DNA of 64,000 bases from Candidatus Aminicenantes bacterium (GCA_963702005.1 OY969696.1:1888001-1952000); one strand, 5' to 3'. Shown: positions 50,394 through 60,589, numbered from the stretch's first letter. Notes: generated by a model not told the origin, from the letters alone. A program made the numbers and translations.

Positions 50394-51718
50394 TCCTCAA
50401 CGAAAAAGAAATCAGGGCGCTCCTGGAAAGCGTTATCTCGGACAGCCCGGGCCGGACGATGTCCATCGGCGTTTCATCCACGGAAACAGGCTCCACGCGA
50501 TTCGCCAACAATGCGATCACGACCAACGGCGTTTACAGCAATCTCAACCTGGCCGTCCAGGTTCTCAAGGGCAAGAAGCAGGGGCTTGTTATGATCAATG
50601 AGCTCGACCGGGAGAAAGTCCGGGAAGCCGTGGCCCGGGCGGACACTTTATCCGATGTCGCCCCGGAAAACGCCGAGTTTATGCCTCTGCTCGGTCCCCA
50701 AGTCTATCCCTCTGTCCCGCCGCTCTATTATGCCGCGACGGCCGGATTTTCGCCCGACCAACGCGCAGGGGCCATCATCTCCGCGATCGACAAGGCCAAA
50801 GCCCGCAACCTCAACGCCGCCGGGTTCTTTGAAACGACGAGCTTCACCTCGGCCAGCCTGAACTCCCTGGGCCAATACTATTTCGCCACCGGCTCGCGGG
50901 CCTATTACAGCAATACGATGCGGGGGGGGACGGGTTCCGGCTGGGCCGCCGCTGAGGATGAAGATGTCGCCAAGCTCCAAACGGGAGACCTAGCTGACCG
51001 GGCCTTAGTCAAGGCCGTGGAATCGCAGAACCCGAAGAAGCTCTCCCCAGGCAAGTATACGGTCGTCCTCGAGCCGGCGGCCGTGGCGGATTTCTTATGG
51101 ATGTTGTTTTACAATTTTGCGGCGCGGGAGGCGGACGAGGGTCGCAGCTTCCTCTCTCTTTCCGAGGGGAAAAACCGGCTGGGGGAGGCGCTCTTCAACC
51201 CGAAGGTTACGGTATACAGTGACCCCGCTTTTCCCCCCATACCGGCTTTTCCGATCGGCGAAGACGGGCTTCCCGTGAAGAAGACGGTCTGGATTGAGAA
51301 GGGAGTCATAAAAAATCTGAGCTATACTCGATACTGGGCGCAGAAGTCCGGGCGCGAACCGGTTCCGTTTCCATCGAATATCATCATGGAAGGCGGCGCG
51401 CATTCCCTGACGGATCTCATCCGCTCGACGGAGGATGGGGTCCTGGTCAGCCGGCTGTGGTACATCCGCGACCTCAACCCCATGATCCTCCTCCTGACCG
51501 GGCTGACCCGGGATGGGGTCTTCCGCATCAAGAACGGGAAGGTCGTTTATCCCGTGAACAATTTCCGATTCAACGAGAGCCCGGTCAACGTACTCAAGAA
51601 CGTGGTCATGATGTCCAAACCGGTGCGAGCGATGGGGGGCGAGACGGGCCAATCGGCTTTCGTTCCGGCGCTCAAGGCCAAGGATTTCAATTTCGCGTCA
51701 ATATCGGAAGCCGTCTAA
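50390..51718 (+). CDS. TldE/PmbA-family partner subunit
   Basis: TRFANN, PGKYTVVLEPAAV, LWYIR, TGLTRDG, NFRFNESP; no HExxH; ATGA overlap with tldD. Confidence 0.88.
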   Translation: MILNEKEIRALLESVISDSPGRTMSIGVSSTETGSTRFANNAITTNGVYSNLNLAVQVLKGKKQGLVMINELDREKVREAVARADTLSDVAPENAEFMPLLGPQVYPSVPPLYYAATAGFSPDQRAGAIISAIDKAKARNLNAAGFFETTSFTSASLNSLGQYYFATGSRAYYSNTMRGGTGSGWAAAEDEDVAKLQTGDLADRALVKAVESQNPKKLSPGKYTVVLEPAAVADFLWMLFYNFAAREADEGRSFLSLSEGKNRLGEALFNPKVTVYSDPAFPPIPAFPIGEDGLPVKKTVWIEKGVIKNLSYTRYWAQKSGREPVPFPSNIIMEGGAHSLTDLIRSTEDGVLVSRLWYIRDLNPMILLLTGLTRDGVFRIKNGKVVYPVNNFRFNESPVNVLKNVVMMSKPVRAMGGETGQSAFVPALKAKDFNFASISEAV

Positions 51719-51725
51719 TCTATTG

Positions 51726-52076
51726 TCAATAGATCAGGATCCCCTGGGCTTGAGGACGCCGGCTTTCTCCATGGCCGTGATCAAGGCCGTCGACCCCGGC
51801 CTTCCGAACCCGCTCCCAATTCTCATCCTGGTTGACCCAGAGGTCCGCGGCCCAGACTTGGACTCGAAATTCCTTGACCAGAAAGATGCTGGTCATGGCC
51901 GTGCCGCAGCCCAAATCCAGGACCCGCATCCCGGGCTTCAGGTCCATGTCCCTGCACAGCCACTCCATGAGCCAAAGGGCATTGGGGCCCATTTGGTTCT
52001 GCATGACCCAGTCGGGATCATAGGTGTTGGAGCGGGGGAATTCGGGCTGAAAAAGGACAGACTCGGTCTTCGTCAT
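51726..52076 (-). pseudogene. Truncated SAM-dependent methyltransferase
   Basis: FPRSNTYDPDW, MGPNALWL, RVLDLGCG.A.TSIFL; homology-like sequence stops after about 96 aa (AGVD). Confidence 0.75.
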
Positions 52077-52113
52077 GAAAGAATTCCGGCCTTTCCGCGC
52101 GCTCGGGGTTTCT

Positions 52114-52758
52114 TTATTGAAACACCTGCTTGAGGGTGTCGACGAGGCCCAGGGCGTATTCGATCTGGGTCAGGGGGATCTTTTTTTCTTGGGCGATCTT
52201 GGTGAAGCGGCCGTCCTTGTTGCTGTCGGTTGTCACGATCAATAAATCGGCCAGCGGCGCGGTGGCGTCGATCATCCGCTCGTTGTCGCTCCCGGCCGGG
52301 CCGCGCTTGGACTCGCCGCCGACGTGGACGGCGATGACCAGGATCTTCTTCTCTCGACAATACTCGAGGAGCTTGCGGACCCGGGCCGCTTCGGTGTCCA
52401 CCGTCAGCCCCGAAGCCCCCATCCCCTTGAGTGAGGCGCCGATGGCGACGATGACCGCCTTGTAGGGCGTTCCCTTGGGATACTTGGCTAAGTCCGAATG
52501 GATCTCGACATGGAATCCCTCCCGGGATTGCTGCCCGCCCAACCCGACGCCGGCCGCCAGCATTTCGACGGTCGGGACGTCGCAATAGTCATAGGCGATC
52601 CCGGCCTCCTCCATGACGATGTTGAGCGTCTCGACGTCCGGGCTCTGTCCGGCCGAGGTCGTCAGGATGGGCAGCTGCCCCTTGGGGACGGTCTGGCCCG
52701 CCAGGGCCGTCGCGAAGAGAAGGATTCCGAATGCGATCAGGGCTTTTTGTCCGCGCAT
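52114..52758 (-). CDS. DUF6305-family secreted protein
   Basis: Signal peptide; LTTSAGQSPD, IGASLKGMGASG, HVGGESKRG, NKDGRFT. Confidence 0.75.
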   Translation of the reverse strand: MRGQKALIAFGILLFATALAGQTVPKGQLPILTTSAGQSPDVETLNIVMEEAGIAYDYCDVPTVEMLAAGVGLGGQQSREGFHVEIHSDLAKYPKGTPYKAVIVAIGASLKGMGASGLTVDTEAARVRKLLEYCREKKILVIAVHVGGESKRGPAGSDNERMIDATAPLADLLIVTTDSNKDGRFTKIAQEKKIPLTQIEYALGLVDTLKQVFQ

Positions 52759-52776
52759 GGTTCGCCTCCTGGATAT

Positions 52777-54501
52777 TTATTTCTTTTCGTCCGGGGCCAT
52801 CAGGATTTCGAAAGCCTTGACGGCCTTCTTCCACCACTCCGGCCACTCCGGTTTTCCCCGCTCCCGCGCCCGCTTCTGGACGTCGTAGGAGGAGAAATGG
52901 TTGTACTTGACGAGGAGGTCGTCGCCCAGCTTCCACCAGGCGCCGACGACGTTCTGGGCGTTGTTGAGCCCGAATCCGGTCAGAAGGACGGCCGCTTTTT
53001 TGGAGGACTTGGCCAGGAGAGGGGCCGCTTGCTTGTCGATTTCGGCGATCTGAGCGACCGCGTCCCCCTCCCATTTAGCCTGGGCGATTTTGACGTCCTC
53101 GACGGCCGCCGCGTACACGGGCTGGACGTGGAAGTCGACGTACTCGAAGGCCCAGCGGGCCGAGTCGCGGTTCAAATTCCAGTGATCGCCGACCGCAAAG
53201 GACTTGGGAAGCTCGGCCGCGCCCGCGTAGAACGGCATGTAGCAGGACGTATCCTGGGGGCCGAACGAGATCCAGGCCAGCCCTCCGACCGGATCGGGAA
53301 GCGAACCGCGGCTCTGGGTGATCGTTGTGTATTCGGCCCGATTGTCGCAAATCGTCCGGGTCGACCGGAAGTAGTTCGGGTTCTTGAACGGTCCGCCGCC
53401 GATGCCCTTGACCGGGTCGAAGATCGTCCCCTGGCATTTGTCGCGGGTCATGGCCATGACGTCCTGGACCGAGATCTTCTTGTCCGGCTTGACCGAGAAG
53501 GGGAGGTCCATGTTGGGCGTCTCCGGCTTGAGGCCGAGCGAGGGCGCCGTCAGGTTGAAGAACCGCCACAGCCGGCTCAGCCAGCCATTGGTCGAGACGG
53601 CCGAGCCTTCGGAGGGGGCGTAGGCCCGCTTCCAGTTAAACGGCTTGCCGCTCGCCGGGTCGTAGAATTTGTTCTCGAGCGCGAACGTAACGACATTGGG
53701 CGAGGCCATGAAATAATCCTTGTTGGCGAGGTCGATCTCGCCGATCCGGCTCTCGTTGGGGCAGACCGAGACTTGGTCGTCAGGGACGCGCTGAGCGCAC
53801 CAGACGGCCCCGGGCTTCCCGCTCTGCGGCGTCCAGAGCGGGCCGGCCGGCATGATCTCGAACACCCAGACTTCCTTGGGGTCGGCGACGGCCAGCATCT
53901 CGCCTTCGTCGTTGAAGCCGTAGCCGTGCTTCTCGGCCAGGGACCCCATGACTTGAATGGCCTCGCGGGCCGTCGCGCAGCGCTCCATGGCCAGAAGGGT
54001 CAGCATGGTCAGGTCGAACTTGGGGGTGGGCGTATTGTTGACCATCTTGCGCTGGCAGCCGATAGAGGACTCGCCGATGGCGAGCTGTTTGTCGTTCATA
54101 TAGCCGAACATTCCGTGGTGGTAGGCGTAGGTGTGGGGAACTTCGGGGATTTCGAGATCGGTGAGGTCCTTCTTATAGAGGTCCCACTTGAGCCCCTCGC
54201 TCGGCGGCCAGGTCTTGTACTGGTTGATGTGGTAGATCTTTCGCGTCGAGCCCGGCTTGTGGTCGGCGGCCGGGACGTGGCGCCAGGTCCAGTCGCACAG
54301 CCCGCAGTCGCAGGTGTGGGTCGTCAGGGTCGAGCCGTCCGTCGAGGCGTCCTTGCCGACCAAGATGACCGTGCAGTTTCCTTCGGGGAGGAAGGCGGGA
54401 GCGGCCGGAGGATTCCCGTTCCGAGCGGTCAGGCCGGCGTAAAGCGCCAGAAGAACCAGGACGGGGAGGACGAGCGAACCGAGGTATCTATGTTTCGTCA
54501 T
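52777..54501 (-). CDS. C69-family dipeptidase (Ntn hydrolase), paralogue 2
   Basis: CTVILVGKDASTDGS, MNDKQLAIGES, ERCATAREAI, WCAQRVPDD. Confidence 0.9.
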   Translation of the reverse strand: MTKHRYLGSLVLPVLVLLALYAGLTARNGNPPAAPAFLPEGNCTVILVGKDASTDGSTLTTHTCDCGLCDWTWRHVPAADHKPGSTRKIYHINQYKTWPPSEGLKWDLYKKDLTDLEIPEVPHTYAYHHGMFGYMNDKQLAIGESSIGCQRKMVNNTPTPKFDLTMLTLLAMERCATAREAIQVMGSLAEKHGYGFNDEGEMLAVADPKEVWVFEIMPAGPLWTPQSGKPGAVWCAQRVPDDQVSVCPNESRIGEIDLANKDYFMASPNVVTFALENKFYDPASGKPFNWKRAYAPSEGSAVSTNGWLSRLWRFFNLTAPSLGLKPETPNMDLPFSVKPDKKISVQDVMAMTRDKCQGTIFDPVKGIGGGPFKNPNYFRSTRTICDNRAEYTTITQSRGSLPDPVGGLAWISFGPQDTSCYMPFYAGAAELPKSFAVGDHWNLNRDSARWAFEYVDFHVQPVYAAAVEDVKIAQAKWEGDAVAQIAEIDKQAAPLLAKSSKKAAVLLTGFGLNNAQNVVGAWWKLGDDLLVKYNHFSSYDVQKRARERGKPEWPEWWKKAVKAFEILMAPDEKK

Positions 54502-54514
54502 GGCGGTCCTCCTA

Positions 54515-56257
54515 TCAATGCCCGGTCGCGGCGGGGAGCGGGTCGTTGAAGGCGTCGTAGGCCTTGACCGCTTTCTTCCACCAGTCGGGATACTTCAGCG
54601 CGTAGCGCCCGTAGGTTCGTTTGGACGTGTCGTAGATGGAGAGGTGCTTGTACTTGAGGAAAATCTCGTCGCCCAGCTTCCACCAGGCGTCGACGACGCT
54701 CTGGGCATTGTTGAGGCAATATCCGCTCAGGAAATCCTTGGCCTTGGCCGGGGACTTTTTGTAGAGTTCAAGAGCCTTCGCGTCGATCTCGGCCGTCCGG
54801 GCCAGGGCGCCTCCTTCCCATTTGCCGATGGCGGCGCCAACCTCGGTCATGGCTTGGTCGTAGGCGACCTGGGCGTGATAGTCGACGTAGTCGGACGCCC
54901 AGCGGGCCGAAGCCCGGTTGAAAGTCCAGTGATCGCCGACCGAAAACGACTTGGGGATCTCGGTCGCGCCCGCGTAGAACGGCATGTAGCAGGCCGTGTC
55001 CTGGGCGCCGAAGTTGATCCAGACGATGCCGCCGATCGGGTCGGGGAGCGAGCCCCGGCACTGGGTGATCGTCGTGTACTCGGCGTTCCGCGTCCCGATC
55101 ATCCGGGTCGTCCCCCAATAATTGGGATTCGAGAACGGCCCGCCCCGGATGCCCCGGACTGGGTCGAGGGCCGTTCCCCGGCACTTGTCCCGGGTCATGG
55201 CCATGACGTCTCCGACCGAAAGCTTCTTCTCGGGCTTGACCGAGAAGGGATAGTCCATATTCTCCATCTCGGGCTTGAAGGCGAGCGAAGGCGCGACGAT
55301 ATTGAAGAACCTCCACATCCGGGCCCGGCGGCCTTCGCTGCTGACGGCGCTCCCCTCGGAGGGCGAATAGGCGCGCTTCCAGGAGAAGGGCTTTCCGCTC
55401 GCGGGATCGTAGAGCTTGTTCTCGACCGCAAACGACATGACGTTGGGCGAGGCCATGAAATAATCCTTGTTGGCCAGGTCGATCTCGCCGATCCGGCTTT
55501 CGTTGGGGCAGACCGCGACATGGTCGTCCGGGACGCGCTGGGCGCACCAGAGGGCCCCGGGCTTCCCGCTTTGGGGCGTCCAGAGGGGGCCGACCGGCAT
55601 GATCTCGAACACCCAAACTTCCTTGGGGTCGGCGACGGCCAGCATCTCGCCGCCGTCAAGATAACCGTAGCCGTACTTCTCGGCGAGCGAGCCCATGAGT
55701 TGAATGGCCTCGCGGGCCGTCGAGCAGCGCTCCATGGCCAGCAGGGTCAGCTCGGAGACGTTGAACTTGGGGACGGGCGTCGGGTTCTCGAGCTTGCGGA
55801 CATTTCCGATCGTCGATTCGCCGATGCCCAGCTGCTTCTCGTTCATGTAGCCGAACATCCCGTGGTGGTAGGCGTAGGTGTGGGGGACTTCGGGGAGGTC
55901 CAGCCCGGCGGGCTCCTTGTTGACCATGTCCCACTTGAGCCCTTCGGCCGGCGGCCAGGTCTTGAACTGGGAGATGTTGCGGATCTTGCGCACCGCGCCC
56001 GGCTTATGATCGGCGGCCGGGACGTGGCGCCACGTCCAATCGCACATGCCGCAGTCGGCGGTGTGGGTCGTCATGGTCGAGCCGTCGGTCGAGGCGTCTT
56101 TGCCGACCATGATGACCGTGCAGCCCTCGGGCTCGGGGCGCGATGCCGGAGCGGCGGGCCTGCCGGCGGTCCGGGAAGGCCTCAGCAGGGCCGCGCCGGT
56201 GAGAACGAGGCCGCAGATAGCAATGGATAGGATGAGAGCTTTTCGTTGCAAGCGCAT
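54515..56257 (-). CDS. C69-family dipeptidase (Ntn hydrolase), paralogue 1
   Basis: CTVIMVGKDASTDGS, MNEKQLGIGES, WCAQRVPDD; RBS aaggagg. Confidence 0.9.
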   Translation of the reverse strand: MRLQRKALILSIAICGLVLTGAALLRPSRTAGRPAAPASRPEPEGCTVIMVGKDASTDGSTMTTHTADCGMCDWTWRHVPAADHKPGAVRKIRNISQFKTWPPAEGLKWDMVNKEPAGLDLPEVPHTYAYHHGMFGYMNEKQLGIGESTIGNVRKLENPTPVPKFNVSELTLLAMERCSTAREAIQLMGSLAEKYGYGYLDGGEMLAVADPKEVWVFEIMPVGPLWTPQSGKPGALWCAQRVPDDHVAVCPNESRIGEIDLANKDYFMASPNVMSFAVENKLYDPASGKPFSWKRAYSPSEGSAVSSEGRRARMWRFFNIVAPSLAFKPEMENMDYPFSVKPEKKLSVGDVMAMTRDKCRGTALDPVRGIRGGPFSNPNYWGTTRMIGTRNAEYTTITQCRGSLPDPIGGIVWINFGAQDTACYMPFYAGATEIPKSFSVGDHWTFNRASARWASDYVDYHAQVAYDQAMTEVGAAIGKWEGGALARTAEIDAKALELYKKSPAKAKDFLSGYCLNNAQSVVDAWWKLGDEIFLKYKHLSIYDTSKRTYGRYALKYPDWWKKAVKAYDAFNDPLPAATGH

Positions 56258-56286
56258 CGGACCTCCTTGGTGGCGAGTCATGGCGA

Positions 56287-57450
56287 TCAATGATAGACGA
56301 CCGAATCGGGCTTGGCCGCGCCCGGATCGTGGAAGTAATGTCCGACCCCGTTCTTGACGACCTCGGCATAGCGCGGCACGCCGTGGAGCCGGATCGCCCG
56401 GTCGGGCATTTTCTTGGAATACTGGCGAATGATCTCGAGCATCACGGACATATGCTGGCCGACCCGCTTGTCCATGGGCCAGCCCGATTCGTCGTAGGGG
56501 ACGAACAGCTTCTTTTTCCGGCTCAGGCTGAGCAGGAAGGGATCCTTGCCGTCGAGAAGGAGCTTTTCGGTCTTGGGGCCGGTCGGCTGGTCGAGGAAGG
56601 GGATGGGCGCTTCGAGCAGGAAGGGGAGGGTGTCGGAGTAATCGCCGATTTCGCGATGGGAGAGCCCGCGGAAACCCGACGGCGAGCTTTCGACGTGATT
56701 ATCGAACCCTTCCATGGCCTTGACCGTGAGCGAAGCCAGCGTCGCGATCCTCATCGACTTCTCGGGCGCGACTATGCAGTTTGTGACCGGGAACATCGTC
56801 TCGGCCCCATGGAGGTCGAAGGCGATGTCGACCTTCTGGCGCCGCATGATTTCCATGGCGCCCCAGGTCACCCGCTCCATGAGCGGGCCGTTCGGCCGGC
56901 CCGGCCAGGTCCGGTTTGAATTCCGGACGTCGATGTAGGATAAAAGCTGACGCTCGGGGTAGTGGATATAGATATCGGGGTCGGGCCAGGCCTCGAGCGG
57001 GGCGGCGTCGCGGTTCCCCATCCGGAACCGTTTATGGCCCCAGTCGGTCGGGATGTCGAAATAGAGCGGATAGCCGTCCCCGGGCCGGGTGGCGCGGCTT
57101 CCGCTGTGGTTGAAGAAGGGGATGACGATGACCGTCCCCTTTTCGACGACGGCGTTCTCGATGAAGATGAGCGCGGCCAGCGTCCCGGCCGGCTCGTTGG
57201 CGTGGGTCGAGGCGAGCATAATCACTTTGCCGCCCGGTTCTTGTCCTTCGAGTGTAAAGACCTTGGTATCGGCTAAGGTCCCTTTGAGGCCGGGGGAGTA
57301 GGCGCTGAGCGGCTCGACCTTGGAGACGCTCGGGCCGAGGACGATCGGAACCTGGAAATGGCGGTGGCGGTAGAGATCGATTCCGCCCAGGACGGCGATC
57401 AGAGCGACGGCGAGTCCCAGGGCCGTTTTAATCAAGAGTTCGCGGCGCAT
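56287..57450 (-). CDS. Succinylglutamate desuccinylase/aspartoacylase-like (M14-type) deacylase
   Basis: THANEPAG (HxxE), NSNRTWPG, FDLHGA; N-terminal TM helix. Confidence 0.8.
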   Translation of the reverse strand: MRRELLIKTALGLAVALIAVLGGIDLYRHRHFQVPIVLGPSVSKVEPLSAYSPGLKGTLADTKVFTLEGQEPGGKVIMLASTHANEPAGTLAALIFIENAVVEKGTVIVIPFFNHSGSRATRPGDGYPLYFDIPTDWGHKRFRMGNRDAAPLEAWPDPDIYIHYPERQLLSYIDVRNSNRTWPGRPNGPLMERVTWGAMEIMRRQKVDIAFDLHGAETMFPVTNCIVAPEKSMRIATLASLTVKAMEGFDNHVESSPSGFRGLSHREIGDYSDTLPFLLEAPIPFLDQPTGPKTEKLLLDGKDPFLLSLSRKKKLFVPYDESGWPMDKRVGQHMSVMLEIIRQYSKKMPDRAIRLHGVPRYAEVVKNGVGHYFHDPGAAKPDSVVYH

Positions 57451-57466
57451 GGGCGTCTCTCCTTTC

Positions 57467-57622
57467 TCACTTGACCCGCAGCAGCCGGAGCAGGAGCGGG
57501 AGGATGACCAGGAGGTAGAGGAACGCGTCGTCGGCCTTTTTTTTCTCCCGGATGAAGTTCCAGCCGAGGAGAGCGATCAGGCAGGCGCTGAGGACGTAAT
57601 ATGCGATCATGACCAGGTTCAT
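57467..57622 (-). CDS. 51-aa two-helix membrane protein, not in the ORF track
   Basis: MNLVMIAYYVLSACLIALLGWNFIREKKKADDAFLYLLVILPLLLRLLRVK; RBS gagg; fills the operon gap. Confidence 0.75.
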   Translation of the reverse strand: MNLVMIAYYVLSACLIALLGWNFIREKKKADDAFLYLLVILPLLLRLLRVK

Positions 57623-57635
57623 GGCGTCACCTCTC

Positions 57636-58955
57636 TCACATGCTCCAGCGGACTAGGAAGGCGAGCTTGGCGCTGAAGACGATCATCAGGATGGCCGTGA
57701 CCGTGATGACCAGCCAGGGCAGCCAGGTCGCCTTCAGGAACGACCCGTAGGAACCCTTATAGTCGGAGACGATGACGCTCAGGCGGCCGATCAAAGCCGT
57801 AGGCGGGAGGCCGTCGCCGAGCGCCCAGAGGAAGCTCAAGGCCGCGATGACGATCGTCGCGTGGAGCCCGATCGAGTCCAGGTACCAGACGAGCGGGATG
57901 CCGACGATGGCCGCCCCGCCGTAGGTCAGGACGGCCTCGGAAACGGGGATGATGATGGCGAGCAGGATATAGAAGAGGAGCCCGAGCGGAATCGTGATCA
58001 CGGCATAGGAAAGGAAGCCGCGGACGCCGGTCGCGGTCATGACCTGCTGGAGCATGCCGACGACGACCGTCGTCGCAAGGAGCGGGAGAAGGCGTTTGAC
58101 GGTGTCCCTAGACACGCGCAGGATCGGGATCCGCTTAGGGCTGACCAGGAGGGCGGCCAGTCCCGCGATCGTGAACTCGAGGGCCAGGCCGAGGATCGGC
58201 GTTGAGAACGGCCAGATCCGGTAGGCCGCGACGAGCCCGAAGAAAACGAGGAAGGGAACGGCGACCCGCCACCAGGACATGCCGGCCGGAGCTTCGGGCA
58301 GTTTTTGGGCCGCGCCGGGGTCTTCCGCGATGGACTTGTCTTTCTTCAAGCCGAGTGTGAGCACGGTGAACGTGCCGAGGAGAAGGACCGGGATCCCGAG
58401 CGGAAGCTCGAACCCGACGTAGGGGATGGCCGTCCCCGCGCAGAGGATCATGGCCCAGATATTGACCGGGGGCGCGGCCGCTGCCAGGCCGGCCGTGATG
58501 AACAGGATGGCGGCGACCCGCTTGGGAGAGATTTGCAGGTTACGCAGGGCCAAAGCGACCGGCGCTCCGACCACCAGGAGCGAAACGCTCCCGGCGCCGG
58601 TCAGGGCGCCCGGGACGAGGATGATGATCATCAAGACAATCAGAGCCAGGGCCCGCGTTTTGGAAAGGGTTCTCATGACGCCGCGCACGGCGTAATCGAC
58701 CCCCCCGGATTCGCTGACGATGGCCATGAAGATGGTCGCGGTCGTGAAGAGAAGGATGACGTCGAGATAGGTGAAGGAGCCCTCGACGAGATGACGGGCC
58801 AGGTCGTGCAGGGGCGGCGTCCGCCAGAAGGCGCCGGCCAATCCCCCGGCCAGGGCGGCCGTGAAGATGCTCGTCTCAACCGAGAGCTTGCGGGCCTTGG
58901 CCGCGGCGTAGGCCAGAACCATGATTCCCAGAATAATCGCGATTGGCAAGGTCAT
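57636..58955 (-). CDS. DctM/TRAP-large-subunit-like (IT superfamily) transporter
   Basis: Polytopic; RHLVEGSFTYLD, PGALTG.G, APPVNI.AMI, GDGLPPTAL. Confidence 0.75.
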   Translation of the reverse strand: MTLPIAIILGIMVLAYAAAKARKLSVETSIFTAALAGGLAGAFWRTPPLHDLARHLVEGSFTYLDVILLFTTATIFMAIVSESGGVDYAVRGVMRTLSKTRALALIVLMIIILVPGALTGAGSVSLLVVGAPVALALRNLQISPKRVAAILFITAGLAAAAPPVNIWAMILCAGTAIPYVGFELPLGIPVLLLGTFTVLTLGLKKDKSIAEDPGAAQKLPEAPAGMSWWRVAVPFLVFFGLVAAYRIWPFSTPILGLALEFTIAGLAALLVSPKRIPILRVSRDTVKRLLPLLATTVVVGMLQQVMTATGVRGFLSYAVITIPLGLLFYILLAIIIPVSEAVLTYGGAAIVGIPLVWYLDSIGLHATIVIAALSFLWALGDGLPPTALIGRLSVIVSDYKGSYGSFLKATWLPWLVITVTAILMIVFSAKLAFLVRWSM

Positions 58956-58996
58956 GGCGTGCTTTTCTCCGTTTTATGAACGGACATGATGTGGAC

Positions 58997-59025
58997 ATAT
59001 TACTCCGCCCGGGGAGGGCGGTCAA
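58997..59025 (-). promoter_or_regulatory. Sigma70-type promoter of the transporter operon
   Basis: TTGACC (59025-59020)-17 nt-TAATAT (59002-58997). Confidence 0.55.
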
Positions 59026-59122
59026 ATCAAAGGAAACCATTTGCCGAAAAAGAGCGTAATTATTGAAAAGAACATATTGTGTCTATACGGATAAGCATCA
59101 AATTCGCAAGGAGGGATCTCCG

Positions 59123-60482
59123 ATGAAAAAGACCATAGGCCATCTTGCGCTGATCGCAGTTCTGGCGGTTTTTCTTTCGGCCGGTTTCCATGAATCCGCC
59201 CAGGCCGCGGCCGTTCAAAAGGCCGGAAAGCAGAAAGACGCGCTGGTCGCGGACCTCGAATCCGCCCTTCCTGGGCTTATTAAAGAAGCCGACATCCCCG
59301 GCATGTCGATCGCCGTGATCCGGGACGGAAAGCTCCTGTGGAGCGGGGCGTTCGGGATCAAGAGCGCGCTAACCAAGGAGCCGGTATCCGAAGATACGAT
59401 CTTCGAGGCGGCCTCCCTGACCAAGCCCTATTTCGCCTATTACGTCATGAAGCTTGTCGAAGCGGGGGAATTGGATCTCGACAAGCCGCTGGTCGGATAC
59501 GTTCCCCGGGATTACCTGGTGAAGAATTATATCGAGCATCCTTGGGAGCTGGAAGGATTCCGCCGCGACTGGTTCGAAAAGATCACGGCCCGGATGGTCC
59601 TGAGCCATTCCTCCGGGCTTCCCCACGGCGACCCGCGCCGGCCGCTCCCGATCTTTTTCGAGCCGGGGACGAAATATCGCTATTCCGCGGACGGCTACTT
59701 CTATCTCCAGAAGGTCGTCGAATATCTCAAGGGCAAGCCGTTGGAGGCGCTGATGAAGGAGGCGGTCATCGATCCCTTGGGAATGACTTCCAGCAGCCTG
59801 GTCTGGGAAGATCGCTATGAGACGCGGGCCGCGGTCGGCCACGATTTCTTCGGCGTGACGGACGGGAAATTCAGGAAGAGGACCGAAGCCCACGCCGCGG
59901 CCACGCTCTACACGACGGCCAAAGACTACGCCCGGTTCGTGATGGCCGTCCTGAACGACGACGGGCTCAAGCCGGCGACCGTCCGGGAGATGCTCAAGCC
60001 CCAGATCCCCGTCGCCCAAGACATCTCCTGGGGCCTCGGCTTCGGCCAGGAGACGACATCGGCCGGCCAAGCCTTCTGGCAGTGGGGGGATTTACGACGC
60101 CCCCGCCGTTCGTTTCGGTAAAGCCGTAATTGAGAAAGGCGTCGCCGAAATCCCCGGGCTGTTCAAGGAATACCGCGAGGCCAATCCCCAGGAATTCAAC
60201 GAGCAGGCCGCCAACTGGGTCGGCTACCTGCTGCTGCAATCCCAGCGGACCCAGGAGGCCATCGCCGTGTTCAAGCTCAACGTCGAAACCTATCCCGAAT
60301 CCGCCAACGTCTATGACAGCCTGTCCGACGCGTACATCAAAGCCGGCGATAAGGAACGGGCCATCTTTTATTGTAAAAAAACGCTGGAGATTATCCCCCT
60401 GGATAAAAAGGCCGACAAGGCGACTCTGGACACCCTTAGGCTGGGAGCTCTCGACAAGCTCAAGGATCTGGAGAAGAAATAG
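59123..60482 (+). pseudogene. Beta-lactamase-fold serine hydrolase + TPR, disrupted by deletion/frameshift at about 60091
   Basis: AASLTK (SxxK), YRYS, FWQWGD, then frame change; the +1 frame from 60093 reads YDAPAVRF...VGYLLL...FKLNVETYPESANVYDSL (TPR) to the stop at 60482. Confidence 0.8.
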
Positions 60483-60589
60483 CGCCCGCGCCGCCTTCCT
60501 CCAGAAAACCGGCCTATCCAGTCTTTTTCTTGACTTCGAGCACTCCCTATTCTATGAATGGACTATACTTCCACGAAAGGAGACATGTC

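Noticed and set aside
10255-56230. Long antisense ORFs (e.g. 10255..12063, 38636..40213, 52498..54549, 54500..56230)
   Set aside because: Shadow ORFs opposite well-supported genes, expected from GC-rich codon bias; no recognisable motifs.
60083-60095. Programmed frameshift at the G-run in the serine hydrolase
   Set aside because: Conserved sequence appears to be missing after the junction, so a frameshift alone would not restore the protein.
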